DNA of 64,000 nt from Sphingomonadales bacterium. GTDB lineage: Bacteria; Pseudomonadota; Alphaproteobacteria; Sphingomonadales; Sphingomonadaceae. This document shows, piece by piece, positions 18,368 to 28,171 of the stretch. The number at the start of each line of letters is the position of its first letter. The stretch's first letter is position 1. The stretch spans positions 41,553 through 105,552 of the forward strand of contig JBBRVR010000001.1 of assembly GCA_038246695.1 (NCBI GenBank). Direction: 5' to 3'. The notes beneath the pieces were generated by a model. That model was not told the DNA's origin. It searched no databases and saw only the letters and a program-made list of their open reading frames with translations. The translations under genes were made by a program, and so were the position numbers.

Positions 18368-19717
18368 TTACAAACTCCAGTACACAAGGTCCGCGCCGAC
18401 TCGTTCCGGATCGAGCGCGGACTTCACATCGATCACAACTCCGCCGGACTTTACCCTTGCCAGCAGCGCCGCCGGGTCCGTCAGATATTGCGCGTGGTTG
18501 ACTGCGAGCACCAGTGCATCAAGGTCTCGCAGCGCGGCGTCATCGGCAAGGTCCAGCCCGTATTCGTGGCGCGCCTCATTTGCGTTGGCGAGCGGATCGC
18601 TGACCAGCGGCTCAATCCCGTATTCGCGCAGCTCTGCGATGATGTCTGGCACCTTGGAATTGCGGATGTCTGGCACGTCCTGCTTGAACGTCAGACCCAG
18701 AATGCCGACCCGCGCGGTGTTCAGGGATACGCCGCTGCCCGCCAGCAGCTTCACCGTCTTCTGCGCGATGGACGCGCCCATCGCATCGTTGATCCGCCGC
18801 CCGGCAAGGATCACTTCGGGGCGGTAATCGAGTTTTTCCGCCGCAGCGGTGAGATAATACGGGTCCACCCCGATGCAGTGCCCACCGACCAGACCGGGGG
18901 TGAAGGGCAGGAAGTTCCACTTCGTACCCGCCGCTGCCAGAACATCCTGCGTGCGAATGCCCATCTTGTCGAAAATCAGCGCAATTTCGTTCATCAGCGC
19001 AATGTTGAGATCGCGCTGGGTGTTCTCGATGACCTTGGCAGCTTCAGCGACCTTGATCGAGGGTGCTTCGTGCAGCCCTGCATCAATGATTGCGCCATAG
19101 GCAGCGCGCATGCGGGCGAGTGAGGCGGCGTCTTGCGCAGCGATAATCTTGGTAATGGTTTCAAGCCGGTGGACATTGTCGCCCGGATTAATGCGCTCGG
19201 GGCTGTAGCCCAGCGTGAAGTCGCGTCCCCGCTTCATGCCCGAATGCGCCTCAAGCAGAGGGCCGCAGAAATCCTCGGTCGCGCCGGGGTAGACGGTTGA
19301 TTCAAATACCACCAGCGCGCCCTTCGCCATGCGCGGGCCAATGGTCTCGCACGCGGATTTGAGCGGCGAGAGATCGGGGCGTCGGTCGGGCGTGATCGGG
19401 GTGGGCACCGTCACGATGATCAGGCTGGCCCCCGCGATCGCAGCGGGATCGTCGGACACGCTCAGCCCGCATTGGGCGAGGCGAACATCGTCGATCTCGC
19501 GGGTGTAATCGTGTCCCGCCTGCAAGGTTTCAATCCGCCGGCGCGATATGTCGAAGCCGACGACGCCGGCCCTGCCGCTTGCCGGGCGAATCCGCTCTGC
19601 AAACGCCACGGCAACCGGCAGGCCGACATAGCCGAGCCCGACGACCGCGATTGTTTCCTGATCGGCGCCGGCACTGTTTACCGCATCGGCGGCCTTGGAG
19701 AGGAAAGGAGCGTTCAT
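18368..19717 (-). CDS. UDP-N-acetyl-hexosamine 6-dehydrogenase (TviB/WbpA/WbpO-type nucleotide-sugar dehydrogenase)
   Basis: 449 aa. Supporting motifs are IAVVGLGYVGLPVAVAF (NAD fold), ESTVYPGATE and the catalytic GGHCIGVDPYY. Confidence 0.85.
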   Translation of the reverse strand: MNAPFLSKAADAVNSAGADQETIAVVGLGYVGLPVAVAFAERIRPASGRAGVVGFDISRRRIETLQAGHDYTREIDDVRLAQCGLSVSDDPAAIAGASLIIVTVPTPITPDRRPDLSPLKSACETIGPRMAKGALVVFESTVYPGATEDFCGPLLEAHSGMKRGRDFTLGYSPERINPGDNVHRLETITKIIAAQDAASLARMRAAYGAIIDAGLHEAPSIKVAEAAKVIENTQRDLNIALMNEIALIFDKMGIRTQDVLAAAGTKWNFLPFTPGLVGGHCIGVDPYYLTAAAEKLDYRPEVILAGRRINDAMGASIAQKTVKLLAGSGVSLNTARVGILGLTFKQDVPDIRNSKVPDIIAELREYGIEPLVSDPLANANEARHEYGLDLADDAALRDLDALVLAVNHAQYLTDPAALLARVKSGGVVIDVKSALDPERVGADLVYWSL

Positions 19718-19906
19718 GCGGGCGGCTATGGCCTCCAGATGCTCAATAATTCGCTAACCACGAACACCGGCCGGGCCAGGGGAGCAATCTGTGTCGTCAT
19801 TTCCCACTTCACAGGCGGTTCACCCGCCGCCATTTAGGGTGTAACAAAGATAACGCTCCGCCCCCTTGCAAAAATCGATCGGGCGGCGACAGGATTGGAT
19901 AGGCCG

Positions 19907-20581
19907 ATGATTACCGCGAAAACAGCTCTCACCGCCCCGGCTGCCCTGATCGGCAGCATGATGCTGGCGATCACCCCTGCCGCCGCACAGGACAAGGGTG
20001 GCGACCGCGTCAACATGGTCATCGCCTACAGCGAGGATGAATGCCCAGAGCCCAAGGCAGGCGAGATCGTGGTGTGCGAAATTCTGGTTGAGGCGGACCG
20101 GTATCGCATCCCCAGAAATTTGCGCACAAGCGATAGTCCGCAGAACACTTCATGGGCCCAGCGGGTGGAGAAGATCCGTTATGCCGGCGACTTCGGCATC
20201 ATGTCGTGCGATCCGGCGGGCGCGGGCGGTTCGCTTGGTTGCACGCAAAAGATGATCGACGCCGCCTATGCCGACAAGAAAGAGGGATCGACCGTTCGAT
20301 TTGCGCAGCTGATCGAGAACGCCCGGCAGGAACGCCTCTCGACGATCGATCTCGATGCCGCCGCCGAACAGGAGCGGGTCGAACAGATCGAGCGCGAATA
20401 TCTCGACCGGCTGGAGCGGGAACGCAATGCGCCGCTACCCGGCGAAGTCAACCCGTCGCTGACGCCCCCTGCCGAGGCAACAGGGCCACGCACGATCCCC
20501 GTTCCGCCTTCAAAGGAAGGCCCGTTCGACGATGGTGACGAAACCCAGCAATCGTTGGATGCCATCCCCGATCAGCGCTGA
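19907..20581 (+). CDS. Secreted hypothetical protein
   Basis: ORF 19895..20581. ATG 19907 gives MITAKTALTAPAALIGSMMLAITPAAAQ (signal peptide). I recognise no domain. Confidence 0.5.
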   Translation: MITAKTALTAPAALIGSMMLAITPAAAQDKGGDRVNMVIAYSEDECPEPKAGEIVVCEILVEADRYRIPRNLRTSDSPQNTSWAQRVEKIRYAGDFGIMSCDPAGAGGSLGCTQKMIDAAYADKKEGSTVRFAQLIENARQERLSTIDLDAAAEQERVEQIEREYLDRLERERNAPLPGEVNPSLTPPAEATGPRTIPVPPSKEGPFDDGDETQQSLDAIPDQR

Positions 20582-20593
20582 TCGTCGGAACGT

Positions 20594-21607
20594 CTAGACG
20601 TTGTAATAATCGCGATACCAAGCGACGAACTGGCGGATGCCTTCCTTTACGTCGGTTTGCGGCTGGTATCCGGTAAGCTCTTTCAGCAGCGTCGCATCGG
20701 CCCAGGTCGCGGGCACATCGCCTTTTTGCATCGGCATGAAGTTCTTGATCGCCTCGCGCCCGCACTCCGCCTCGATCGCGGTGACGAAGTCCATCAGGCG
20801 CACCTTCTCGCTATTGCCGATATTGACCACCCGCCAGGGCGCGGCGGGTGACAGGCTGTCATGGGCTGCAATGTCATCTGCGCTTTCCGGGCGCACCGGC
20901 GCCGCGTCTATCAGCAGGCGGATGCCGCGCACAAGGTCTGTGACAAAGGTGAAATCGCGGAACATCTCGCCATTGTTGTAGATGTCGATCGGCGTCCCTT
21001 CGAGGATGCCGCGCGTAAACTTGAACAGCGCCATATCGGGCCGCCCCCACGGCCCATAGACGGTGAAGAACCGGAACATCGTGGTCGGCAGATTCCACAG
21101 ATGGGCATAGGAATGGGCCATCGCTTCATTCGCCTTCTTCGTCGCCGCATACAGCGTAAGCGGGGTGTCGCATTTCTGCCGCTCATCGAACGGCATGTCC
21201 TCGTTCGCGCCATACACCGAACTGGTGGAGGCCATCAGTAGGTGATCAACCCCGAGCTCGCGCGCGCATTCCATCACGTTGAAGGTGCCGATCACATTGG
21301 CATCGATATAGGCACGCGGATTTTCGAGGCTGTATCGCACGCCCGCCTGCGCGGCGAGGTGGACGATCACATCGGGCTGCTGCGCCAGCGCGAAATCGTG
21401 CAAGGTGTCGAAATCCTCCAGCATCCCTTCGACCGCGAAAAAGTGCTGGTTCTGGCGCAACATCTGGTGGCGGCGCTGTTTGATCCGCACATCATAATAA
21501 TCGGTCATCCCGTCATAGCCGACCACCGCAAACCCCTCGTCCAGCAGCAGCTGTGCAAGGCGGAAACCGATGAAACCGGCGCTCCCGGTGATCAGGACTT
21601 TGCGCAT
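20594..21607 (-). CDS. NAD-dependent epimerase, UDP-glucuronate (or UDP-HexNAcA) 4-epimerase family
   Basis: Supporting motifs are MRKVLITGSAGFIGFRL, DVIVHLAAQAGVRYS, ASTSSVYG, YAATKKANE (YxxxK) and FRFFTVYGPWGRPDMA. Confidence 0.8.
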   Translation of the reverse strand: MRKVLITGSAGFIGFRLAQLLLDEGFAVVGYDGMTDYYDVRIKQRRHQMLRQNQHFFAVEGMLEDFDTLHDFALAQQPDVIVHLAAQAGVRYSLENPRAYIDANVIGTFNVMECARELGVDHLLMASTSSVYGANEDMPFDERQKCDTPLTLYAATKKANEAMAHSYAHLWNLPTTMFRFFTVYGPWGRPDMALFKFTRGILEGTPIDIYNNGEMFRDFTFVTDLVRGIRLLIDAAPVRPESADDIAAHDSLSPAAPWRVVNIGNSEKVRLMDFVTAIEAECGREAIKNFMPMQKGDVPATWADATLLKELTGYQPQTDVKEGIRQFVAWYRDYYNV

Positions 21608-21814
21608 GCGTGTTCTTCCTTTTTAACGGCTCTGCCAACAAAGGCGAGGGGCGCGATAACTGGTCTGGAAGCCGACCTAGCGCGTCAGGGTTAATCGCGC
21701 ACCTACAACCTCTGGACAAAGCGCGGTGGCTGTCGCAGTGGCAAACCTATGGCACATCCCCGAACCCCCCTTAGCAACCCGCTGCGCCGATGCTGTTTTC
21801 CGGACGGCTCACCC

Positions 21815-22276
21815 ATGATCGCGGCGCTGGTAGCCGCGCTGTTGGTGGCCGGGTGCTCCTCCGAACCTGCGCCGATGGAGGCGCAGGACGCTCCCTCGGG
21901 CGATCCGGCGGGCGCGGCGCTGCCGCTGTCGATTGGCGGTCAGGTTGAGGCTGAGGGCGACGATGCGATGGCGGTTGCGGTCAATTGCTCGGCGGCGCTG
22001 GGGCTCACGGCAGAGCGGCTGGCGAGCATGACGAACGATCCGCGCAGCGAGGAAATTGCACTTATCAGGCGCTCGGAACGCTATTTCGCGGATGAGGCGG
22101 AAAAAACCGCGCGATCGGGCGAAGGTGCCGCCGGGTCGGTGGACGCAGCGATCGCACGGCGTCGCAACGAGAAATCGGGCGAGGCAACCGAGCAGGCACA
22201 ATTGGCGATTGCGTGCCTGCGCCGCTTTGGCGAGGAAGTCACATCGCAGCCCGGTCAGGCCACATCCACGCCTTGA
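21815..22276 (+). CDS. Hypothetical lipoprotein
   Basis: ORF 21749..22276. ATG 21815 gives MIAALVAALLVAGCSSEP (lipobox LVAGC). Confidence 0.5.
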   Translation: MIAALVAALLVAGCSSEPAPMEAQDAPSGDPAGAALPLSIGGQVEAEGDDAMAVAVNCSAALGLTAERLASMTNDPRSEEIALIRRSERYFADEAEKTARSGEGAAGSVDAAIARRRNEKSGEATEQAQLAIACLRRFGEEVTSQPGQATSTP

Positions 22277-22291
22277 AGCGAGAACACGCTG

Positions 22292-23587
22292 CTATCTGGA
22301 AGCGTTGAGGCGGTTCAGTTCAGCCGAGGCAAGGATGAGCTTGACATACCGTGTGGTCACCAGCGTTTCGGCCGACACCAGCAGCGATTGCACCGGGCAA
22401 TTGGCGGGCACGGTAAACTGCGTCTCCAGCTTCATCTCGTCATCAAGGCCGATATTCTCGTCCACCAGCACCAGCCCATCGTTCCCGCCCGCGCAGACAA
22501 GCGTCCAGCGGGCCTGATCGGGATTGCTGTAATCCTCTGCGCGCATCGTGGCGGTGAGGCGGTAACGGCCCGGCGCCAACGCGAGGAACTTGCGTGCGAC
22601 TGGACCTTTGTAGCCCGCTTCGACATCAGCCTCGATCTCGACCTTGCCGCCGCCTTCCATGCTGGCAAGGATGACGGTTTCGATCCCCTCGATCTTGAAC
22701 GGCTGCCAGGCGATGGGCGCAAGTTTCCAGTTGGTCGAGGCATTGGTGAGGGCGAGGCTTTCCAGCATCGAGCGGTCGACCCCTTCAATCGCACGAAAAT
22801 GATCAGTCGCCGCGGTATAATCCTCATTCGCGAACAACCGGGTAAGCAATTCTGTGTCGAGCGAGGAGAACGCCGCGCCTTCGGGCCAGCCGCCATTGAG
22901 CCGCGCAAGCTGCGCCATTGCAACCGGTGTTTTCGTGTTGGAGACAGCATAGCGCAGAAAACTCTCCAACCACGGCGGATTGGCGCTCATGTAGGGGACG
23001 AACCGTTCGCGGATCAGCGCGCTGTCCATCGCCCGCGTCAGCACCGGATACAGCAATGCCCGGCTCGATTCCTCGATCCTCAGCGCCGTATCGTAGTGGC
23101 GCAATGCGCGCGCGACATCATTCTGCTCGACCGCGTTTTCGATCAGCCACAGTTGTGCGCCCACATCGCGGCGTTCCATCAGGTCCGAAATGCGCATCTG
23201 CGCGCGCATCGCAGCGAGATTGGCGTTGGCTGCGCTGTTGAGGCCATAGAGGCGAAATGCGGGACCGTTGATCGGCAGCGCCCTGACCGAACGCTGGACC
23301 ACGCCGAGCACCGCCTCGTCGGACCGCGCCGAGGCGTCGCCCGAGACAATCCTGACCTGCGCTGCGCGGATCAGGGCGACGGGGTCATCTGCGTTGATCG
23401 CCAACGCGGCTTCGGGTGCGCGGGCCTGCAGTATGTTGACCGCCGCATTGGCCATCGCCGCGCCCGCGCCCAGCACGGCGGCAATCGCGAAGGTTACGCC
23501 ACGGCGCGAAAAACTCGGCCGCTTGAATGCAAAACGCTCACGAAATGGGGCGGAACGGCGCCGACGATTGCGGTCTGGTCGTGCCAT
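22292..23587 (-). CDS. Hypothetical membrane-anchored protein (Arg-rich N-terminus, one TM, helical-repeat region, C-terminal beta-rich domain), coupled to wzc
   Basis: 431 aa starting MARPDRNRRRRSAPFRERFAFKRPSFSRRGVTFAIAAVLGAGAAMA. Its ATG shares one base with the wzc TGA (TGATG). I recognise no family. Confidence 0.5.
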   Translation of the reverse strand: MARPDRNRRRRSAPFRERFAFKRPSFSRRGVTFAIAAVLGAGAAMANAAVNILQARAPEAALAINADDPVALIRAAQVRIVSGDASARSDEAVLGVVQRSVRALPINGPAFRLYGLNSAANANLAAMRAQMRISDLMERRDVGAQLWLIENAVEQNDVARALRHYDTALRIEESSRALLYPVLTRAMDSALIRERFVPYMSANPPWLESFLRYAVSNTKTPVAMAQLARLNGGWPEGAAFSSLDTELLTRLFANEDYTAATDHFRAIEGVDRSMLESLALTNASTNWKLAPIAWQPFKIEGIETVILASMEGGGKVEIEADVEAGYKGPVARKFLALAPGRYRLTATMRAEDYSNPDQARWTLVCAGGNDGLVLVDENIGLDDEMKLETQFTVPANCPVQSLLVSAETLVTTRYVKLILASAELNRLNASR

Positions 23588-25842
23588 CAGCCGCGCTTTT
23601 CGTCGTCGCCATAGCCATAGCCATACCCGTAACCATAGCCATAGCCTTCGATGCCCTGGCCCTCGAACTTGGTAAAGATCGCTCCGATCAAGGGCGCCCT
23701 GCTCGACCGCAGGCGATCAAGCGAGGTGTTGATCGCGCGCGATGCAACCCCGCGCGATTCGATCACGAACACCACAGCATCGACCGCATGCGCCAGCAGC
23801 GGCGCATCCGCGAGGCCGAGCAGCGGCGGGGCATCGACCACAATATGATCGAAATGCTGGGATAGAGCCGCAAGGACATCGCGCGGCCCATCACCGCTCA
23901 GCAATTCCGATGCGCTGGGCGGTGTGCGCCCGGCCGACATCAGCGAAAGGTTTTCAAATGGCGTCTTGTGCACCAGCGAGATCGGATCGGCGTGGCCGGT
24001 CAGCGCGCTGGAGAAGCCTTCTGCGTTTTCCATGTCCAGGAACGTGTGCGCCGAAGGGCTGCGCATGTCCGCGTCCAGCATCAGTACACTGCGCCCGGTG
24101 CGCGCCAAAACCGATGCGATGGCAAGGCCGGAGGTCGACTTGCCCTCTGCGGGCCGCGTGCTGGTCACCATCAGCGTCTTTGGAATGCCGCTGGTGGTAG
24201 CAAAGGCGAGGTTGGAGCGAACCGTGAGATAGGCCTCTGCAATTTCGGATTTGGGATCGCGCATCTGCTCGAGCACGTCCGCATCGCTGGCGGATGCCGG
24301 GATCACGCCCAGCAGCGGCAGCCCGGTGAGCTGGCTGACCTGTGCGGGATCGCGAATGCCTTCCTCGAACTGTTCCAGCGCAAACACCACCGCCCCGGCG
24401 GCTGCCAGACCGGCAACCAGCGAGACCAGCAGGTTGAGGGGCAAGTTGGGCGAAGACGGTCCGCCGGGAACCTGCGCTTCATCGACCAGCGAGATGTTGT
24501 TGGCTGCAACCCCGGCGACTCCGATTTCCTTGTAACGCTGAAGCAGTCCGTCATACAGCTCGCGGTTGGTATCCACCTCGTTCTGATAGATATTGTACTG
24601 GATCCGGTCACGTTCCTGAAGGCCGAGACGGCCTGTGAGCGCATCGACCTTGCCACGCAGATCCTGTTCACGCGCGAGCGCTGACTGGTAATCGGTTCGC
24701 GTGCTTGACCGCACGCGGCCCTCTTCATTCGCAATTGCCTTGTCCAGCTCGGTAATCTGCACCTTGAGCGCGCGGGCAGCGGGATAGCCGGGCTCAAACT
24801 GAACCATCAGCCGGGCATACTCCGCCTCGCGTTCAGCGCGTTCGCGCCGCAGCGAGCTGATCGTCGGGTTGGTTACGACGTCGGCAGTGGCGCCGCCGGC
24901 TGAACCGGCACGCGCCTGCAGCTGGACACGATCCTCGGTCGCCTTGAGCAGGGCCTCGTTCATGGCCTGAAGGTCCAGTTGCACCAGCGTCTGCGATCGG
25001 GTCGTGCGACCATCAGTCTCTTGCCGATCGAGCACCACGATGTCTTTTGCATTGGCGTAATTGACCAGCTGGACCTGCGATTCCTCAACCCGCTGACGCA
25101 GTTCTGCAAGGCGCCGTTCGAGCAATTGGCGCGCATCGGCGGTAGAATCGAACCGTCGATCCGTGCTGTCTGCCAAAAATTGGGCCGCCCACTCGGTCGC
25201 GATCTGCGCTGACAGCGTCGGATTGGCGCTGGTATAGGAGATATCGACCAGCGCCGAACGCGGAATGGGCGAAATGCTGATATGACCGAGCAGCAGGCCG
25301 ACCGCGGCCTTGCGCCGGGTTTCCAGCGTGTCGCGATCGGTCGGCGCGTCCTCGTTGCCCAGCCATTCGGTCGTCGCCGGATCGATCCCGTGTGCATCGA
25401 AAAAGGCGAAATTGTTGGCCAGTCGCAATTCACGTGCGACCCGTTCGGCCACGCTGCGCGCTTCGAGCAATTCGTACTGCGTATCGTAGAATTCCTGATC
25501 GAAAGTCCGGTCGGCCTTTTGCAGCCCCTCGACATTGGTGATCTGCTGTTCCTGCCGGCTGATCTCGATCCGGGCAGACGCGGTGAATTGCGGCGTCATT
25601 GTCAGCGTCGCGGCCAGCCCGATAATCAGCGCCAGCGCCAGGATGCCCAGAATTACCCATTTACGCCTGTCCAGGATGCCCAGATATTCGCGCATCAGCG
25701 GCGTATCGCGCCCGGCCTGCGGGCCATATTGCGGATAGCCGCCCGCATTCTGGCTGTCTGTGCCGCCGGCGGAGAAGATAACGTCGTCCGCGCCCTCTGC
25801 CGAGGTTCCGGCGGCGGATGCGGAAGGTTGGATCGCGTTCAT
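23587..25842 (-). CDS. wzc: Polysaccharide co-polymerase / BY-kinase (Wzc/ExoP family tyrosine autokinase)
   Basis: 751 aa. It has two TM segments flanking a long coiled-coil periplasmic domain. Walker A is TSTRPAEGKSTSGLAIAS, Walker A' is VLMLDADMRSP and Walker B is HIVVDAPPLLGLADA. The Tyr-rich tail is GIEGYGYGYGYGYGYGDDEKRG. Confidence 0.9.
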   Translation of the reverse strand: MNAIQPSASAAGTSAEGADDVIFSAGGTDSQNAGGYPQYGPQAGRDTPLMREYLGILDRRKWVILGILALALIIGLAATLTMTPQFTASARIEISRQEQQITNVEGLQKADRTFDQEFYDTQYELLEARSVAERVARELRLANNFAFFDAHGIDPATTEWLGNEDAPTDRDTLETRRKAAVGLLLGHISISPIPRSALVDISYTSANPTLSAQIATEWAAQFLADSTDRRFDSTADARQLLERRLAELRQRVEESQVQLVNYANAKDIVVLDRQETDGRTTRSQTLVQLDLQAMNEALLKATEDRVQLQARAGSAGGATADVVTNPTISSLRRERAEREAEYARLMVQFEPGYPAARALKVQITELDKAIANEEGRVRSSTRTDYQSALAREQDLRGKVDALTGRLGLQERDRIQYNIYQNEVDTNRELYDGLLQRYKEIGVAGVAANNISLVDEAQVPGGPSSPNLPLNLLVSLVAGLAAAGAVVFALEQFEEGIRDPAQVSQLTGLPLLGVIPASASDADVLEQMRDPKSEIAEAYLTVRSNLAFATTSGIPKTLMVTSTRPAEGKSTSGLAIASVLARTGRSVLMLDADMRSPSAHTFLDMENAEGFSSALTGHADPISLVHKTPFENLSLMSAGRTPPSASELLSGDGPRDVLAALSQHFDHIVVDAPPLLGLADAPLLAHAVDAVVFVIESRGVASRAINTSLDRLRSSRAPLIGAIFTKFEGQGIEGYGYGYGYGYGYGDDEKRG
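23608..23646. repeat. Imperfect 6-bp repeat encoding the (GY)n phospho-acceptor tail of Wzc
   Basis: The plus-strand sequence is gccata gccata gccata cccgta accata gccata gcc. Confidence 0.85.
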
Positions 25843-25860
25843 GAAAGTGCAGCCTTCGCC

Positions 25861-26637
25861 TTATCGGGTTAGCAAGATGGTCAACGGCGTGACCAAAACA
25901 GTGGTCAGATCGACCACGTCCCTGAACACTTGCCGCGCCTTGGAATCGTCGACGACAATCGTATCGTTGGGGTAAATGCGCGGGTCATCGTAGTTGCCCC
26001 GGCTGATCGCTTTGAGGTTGTACAGCGTTGCGAGCCGTTCCCCGCCGACCGTGCGGAAAACGATAACCTCGTTCGAATCGGCAAATTCGGAGAGGCCGCG
26101 CGCGGTTGCGATCGCCTTCAGCAAGGTGCCGTCACCCACGATGGGATACACGCCGGGTTGGGCGACCTTGCCATATACTGTGAAGGTCGAATTGACGCTC
26201 GATTCCAGATTGGTGGTGACCTGCGGATCGCGGATATAGCGACCCTTGAGCCGGGTCTCGATCAGTTGCGATACTTCGGAGGTCGAAAGCCCTGCGACCG
26301 CGATGTTGCCGATCAGCGGAAAGCCGATTTCACCATTGGCATCGACGCGCACCTTGCGCTGGCTCAATTCCTGAATGCCGAACACATCGATCAGCAGCGT
26401 ATCGAACGGGCGGATCCCTGCGAATTCGGATGTGGCATACAGATCGGCAGCGGTTGGCGCGGGCAGATCGCCCTGCCGCACTTCGAGATTTGGTGCGCCG
26501 CCGACCGGCGTGGACGAACAGCCACCGAGCGCAATCGCGCCCAGCGCCAGAGTTGCCGCGCCAACAGCTGGCCCAAAAGCTGGCCCAAAAGCTGGCAGCG
26601 CCCGCAAGATTACAGGCGCGCGTTTCGGTTTGATCAT
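25861..26637 (-). CDS. wza: Polysaccharide export outer-membrane lipoprotein (Wza family: Poly_export plus SLBB)
   Basis: ORF 25861..26961. ATG 26637 gives MIKPKRAPVILRALPAFGPAFGPAVGAATLALGAIALGGCSS (lipobox). Supporting sequences are IRPFDTLLIDVFGIQELS...VDANGEIGFPLIGNIAVAGLSTSEVSQLIETRL and the SLBB stretch GKVAQPGVYPIVGDGTLLKAIATARG. Confidence 0.85.
   Translation of the reverse strand: MIKPKRAPVILRALPAFGPAFGPAVGAATLALGAIALGGCSSTPVGGAPNLEVRQGDLPAPTAADLYATSEFAGIRPFDTLLIDVFGIQELSQRKVRVDANGEIGFPLIGNIAVAGLSTSEVSQLIETRLKGRYIRDPQVTTNLESSVNSTFTVYGKVAQPGVYPIVGDGTLLKAIATARGLSEFADSNEVIVFRTVGGERLATLYNLKAISRGNYDDPRIYPNDTIVVDDSKARQVFRDVVDLTTVLVTPLTILLTR
26567..26596. repeat. 12-bp tandem repeat (gctggcccaaaa, about 2.4 copies) in the wza signal-peptide region
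   Basis: Copies at 26567 and 26579 plus a partial third copy encode AFGPAFGPA on the minus strand. Confidence 0.85.
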
Positions 26638-26710
26638 GCTGACTGTGTCCGCTCTTGTTATCATCGAAATATCTGTCTTGGTCTCGTCTGTCTTTATAGC
26701 AGCCGTTTGC

Positions 26711-28171
26711 TCAGCCAAGCCCGGTTTCCACAGCATGACCCGAAGCGTTCCAATCCCCTGCTGCCGGTTTACCGAACAGGTTGCGCGATCCCGGCAGCGC
26801 CATCCACACCGCGCACAGCGCCGCAAGACTGGCGAGCGCCGGCGTGCGCATCGGGTAGTCGACCAGGCTCCATCCGCCAAGGATAAACAATATAATGGCT
26901 CCCGCCAGCCCGAGCTGAACCTCGATGCGTCCGGTATGGCTGTTCTTGAGCAGGCCGACAAACCGTGCCAGCCACGCCAGCACCGCCGCTGCCATCAGGA
27001 CCATTGCGGGGATGCCGCCTTCCAGCGCCCATTCCAGCCAATCGTTGTGCGCATGGTTCCAGTAGGACTGGCTCAGCATCTCGCCCGGCTCATGGACCTT
27101 GAAAATCTCGATGAACGATCCGATGCCGCTGCCAAATGGCAGGTATGTCGGGGCGAAATCCGCAATCGTGCGCCAAACGGTGAAACGGAATTCCTCCACC
27201 TCGCCCGAACCTGCGCCAATAAGACGGTCATATCCGGTGGTCTGCGTCAGCAGCACCGCAAACGCCCCCAGCATCGCCAGCCCGAACGCAGCGAAGGCAT
27301 AAGGCACCCAGACCTGTTTCGATGGGGAGCGCCGCTGTACGGTTGAAGGGGCTGCCGGGCGCGCGCGCCAAACCAGCCAACTGGCTGCAAGGACGACGAG
27401 CAATAGCAGCATACCGGCACGCGATCCAGTCGCCAGCGCCATCATGATTGCGAACGCAGCAAGTGCGACGCAGGCGGTGATTGTCACCGTGGCGCGCGGC
27501 CGCTTGGCGCGGGTGGCAATCACGGCAAACAGCGGCAGGCTGGCGACCATCAATGCAGCCAGATGGTTGCGGTTGGCAAACAGGCCATTGGCTACCTCGA
27601 CCTGGGGCACGCCATAAAAGAAGGTCGCCGGGCTGAACCCGCTGATCGATTGCACCGCGCCCCACAGCGCGTTGGCAAGAACCCCGGCAAGCACGAAATA
27701 GATCAGCATGCGGTGCTGATCGCGGGTCAATTGCACCGCACACACCACCACGGCGGCGGGCACGAGCATCGCATAAAAGGCATTCCACGCGCGATAGGGG
27801 ACAAGGGCAATGGGCCGCCACGGCTGATCGATCCCGGCAGCCTCGCCCGCGGCTATTGCCAGATCGCGCCCTGGCAGCGCCATCCACAAGGCGGGCGGCA
27901 GCGGGACGAGGTGCAGCACGATCAAACACAGAACCGCCGCCATGAAGCCAAGTGGCAACCTGTACGCGGTCCAGTCGTCGCGCGTCATGTTATACAGTCC
28001 GATGGCCAGCACGGCCACGCCAAGCGGGCGCAGCAGAAGCAGGCCGGGGACGTAATCCTTGGAACTGCCGCCCAGCAGCATCGCTGCAATCAGCAGCACA
28101 GCCACCGCAACAAAAGGCGCGCGCGACCGGACCGATGCGTCCTGCGCGGGAATTGTGCCCTCGGCTTTCAC
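26711..28171 (-). CDS. O-antigen ligase/polymerase family membrane protein (Wzy_C-type)
   Basis: 486 aa with at least 10 TM segments. The motifs FANRNHLAALMV and ALATGSRAGMLLLLVVL are typical of the Wzy_C/O-antigen-ligase family. The GTG start overlaps the upstream TGA (GTGA). Confidence 0.75.
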   Translation of the reverse strand: MKAEGTIPAQDASVRSRAPFVAVAVLLIAAMLLGGSSKDYVPGLLLLRPLGVAVLAIGLYNMTRDDWTAYRLPLGFMAAVLCLIVLHLVPLPPALWMALPGRDLAIAAGEAAGIDQPWRPIALVPYRAWNAFYAMLVPAAVVVCAVQLTRDQHRMLIYFVLAGVLANALWGAVQSISGFSPATFFYGVPQVEVANGLFANRNHLAALMVASLPLFAVIATRAKRPRATVTITACVALAAFAIMMALATGSRAGMLLLLVVLAASWLVWRARPAAPSTVQRRSPSKQVWVPYAFAAFGLAMLGAFAVLLTQTTGYDRLIGAGSGEVEEFRFTVWRTIADFAPTYLPFGSGIGSFIEIFKVHEPGEMLSQSYWNHAHNDWLEWALEGGIPAMVLMAAAVLAWLARFVGLLKNSHTGRIEVQLGLAGAIILFILGGWSLVDYPMRTPALASLAALCAVWMALPGSRNLFGKPAAGDWNASGHAVETGLG

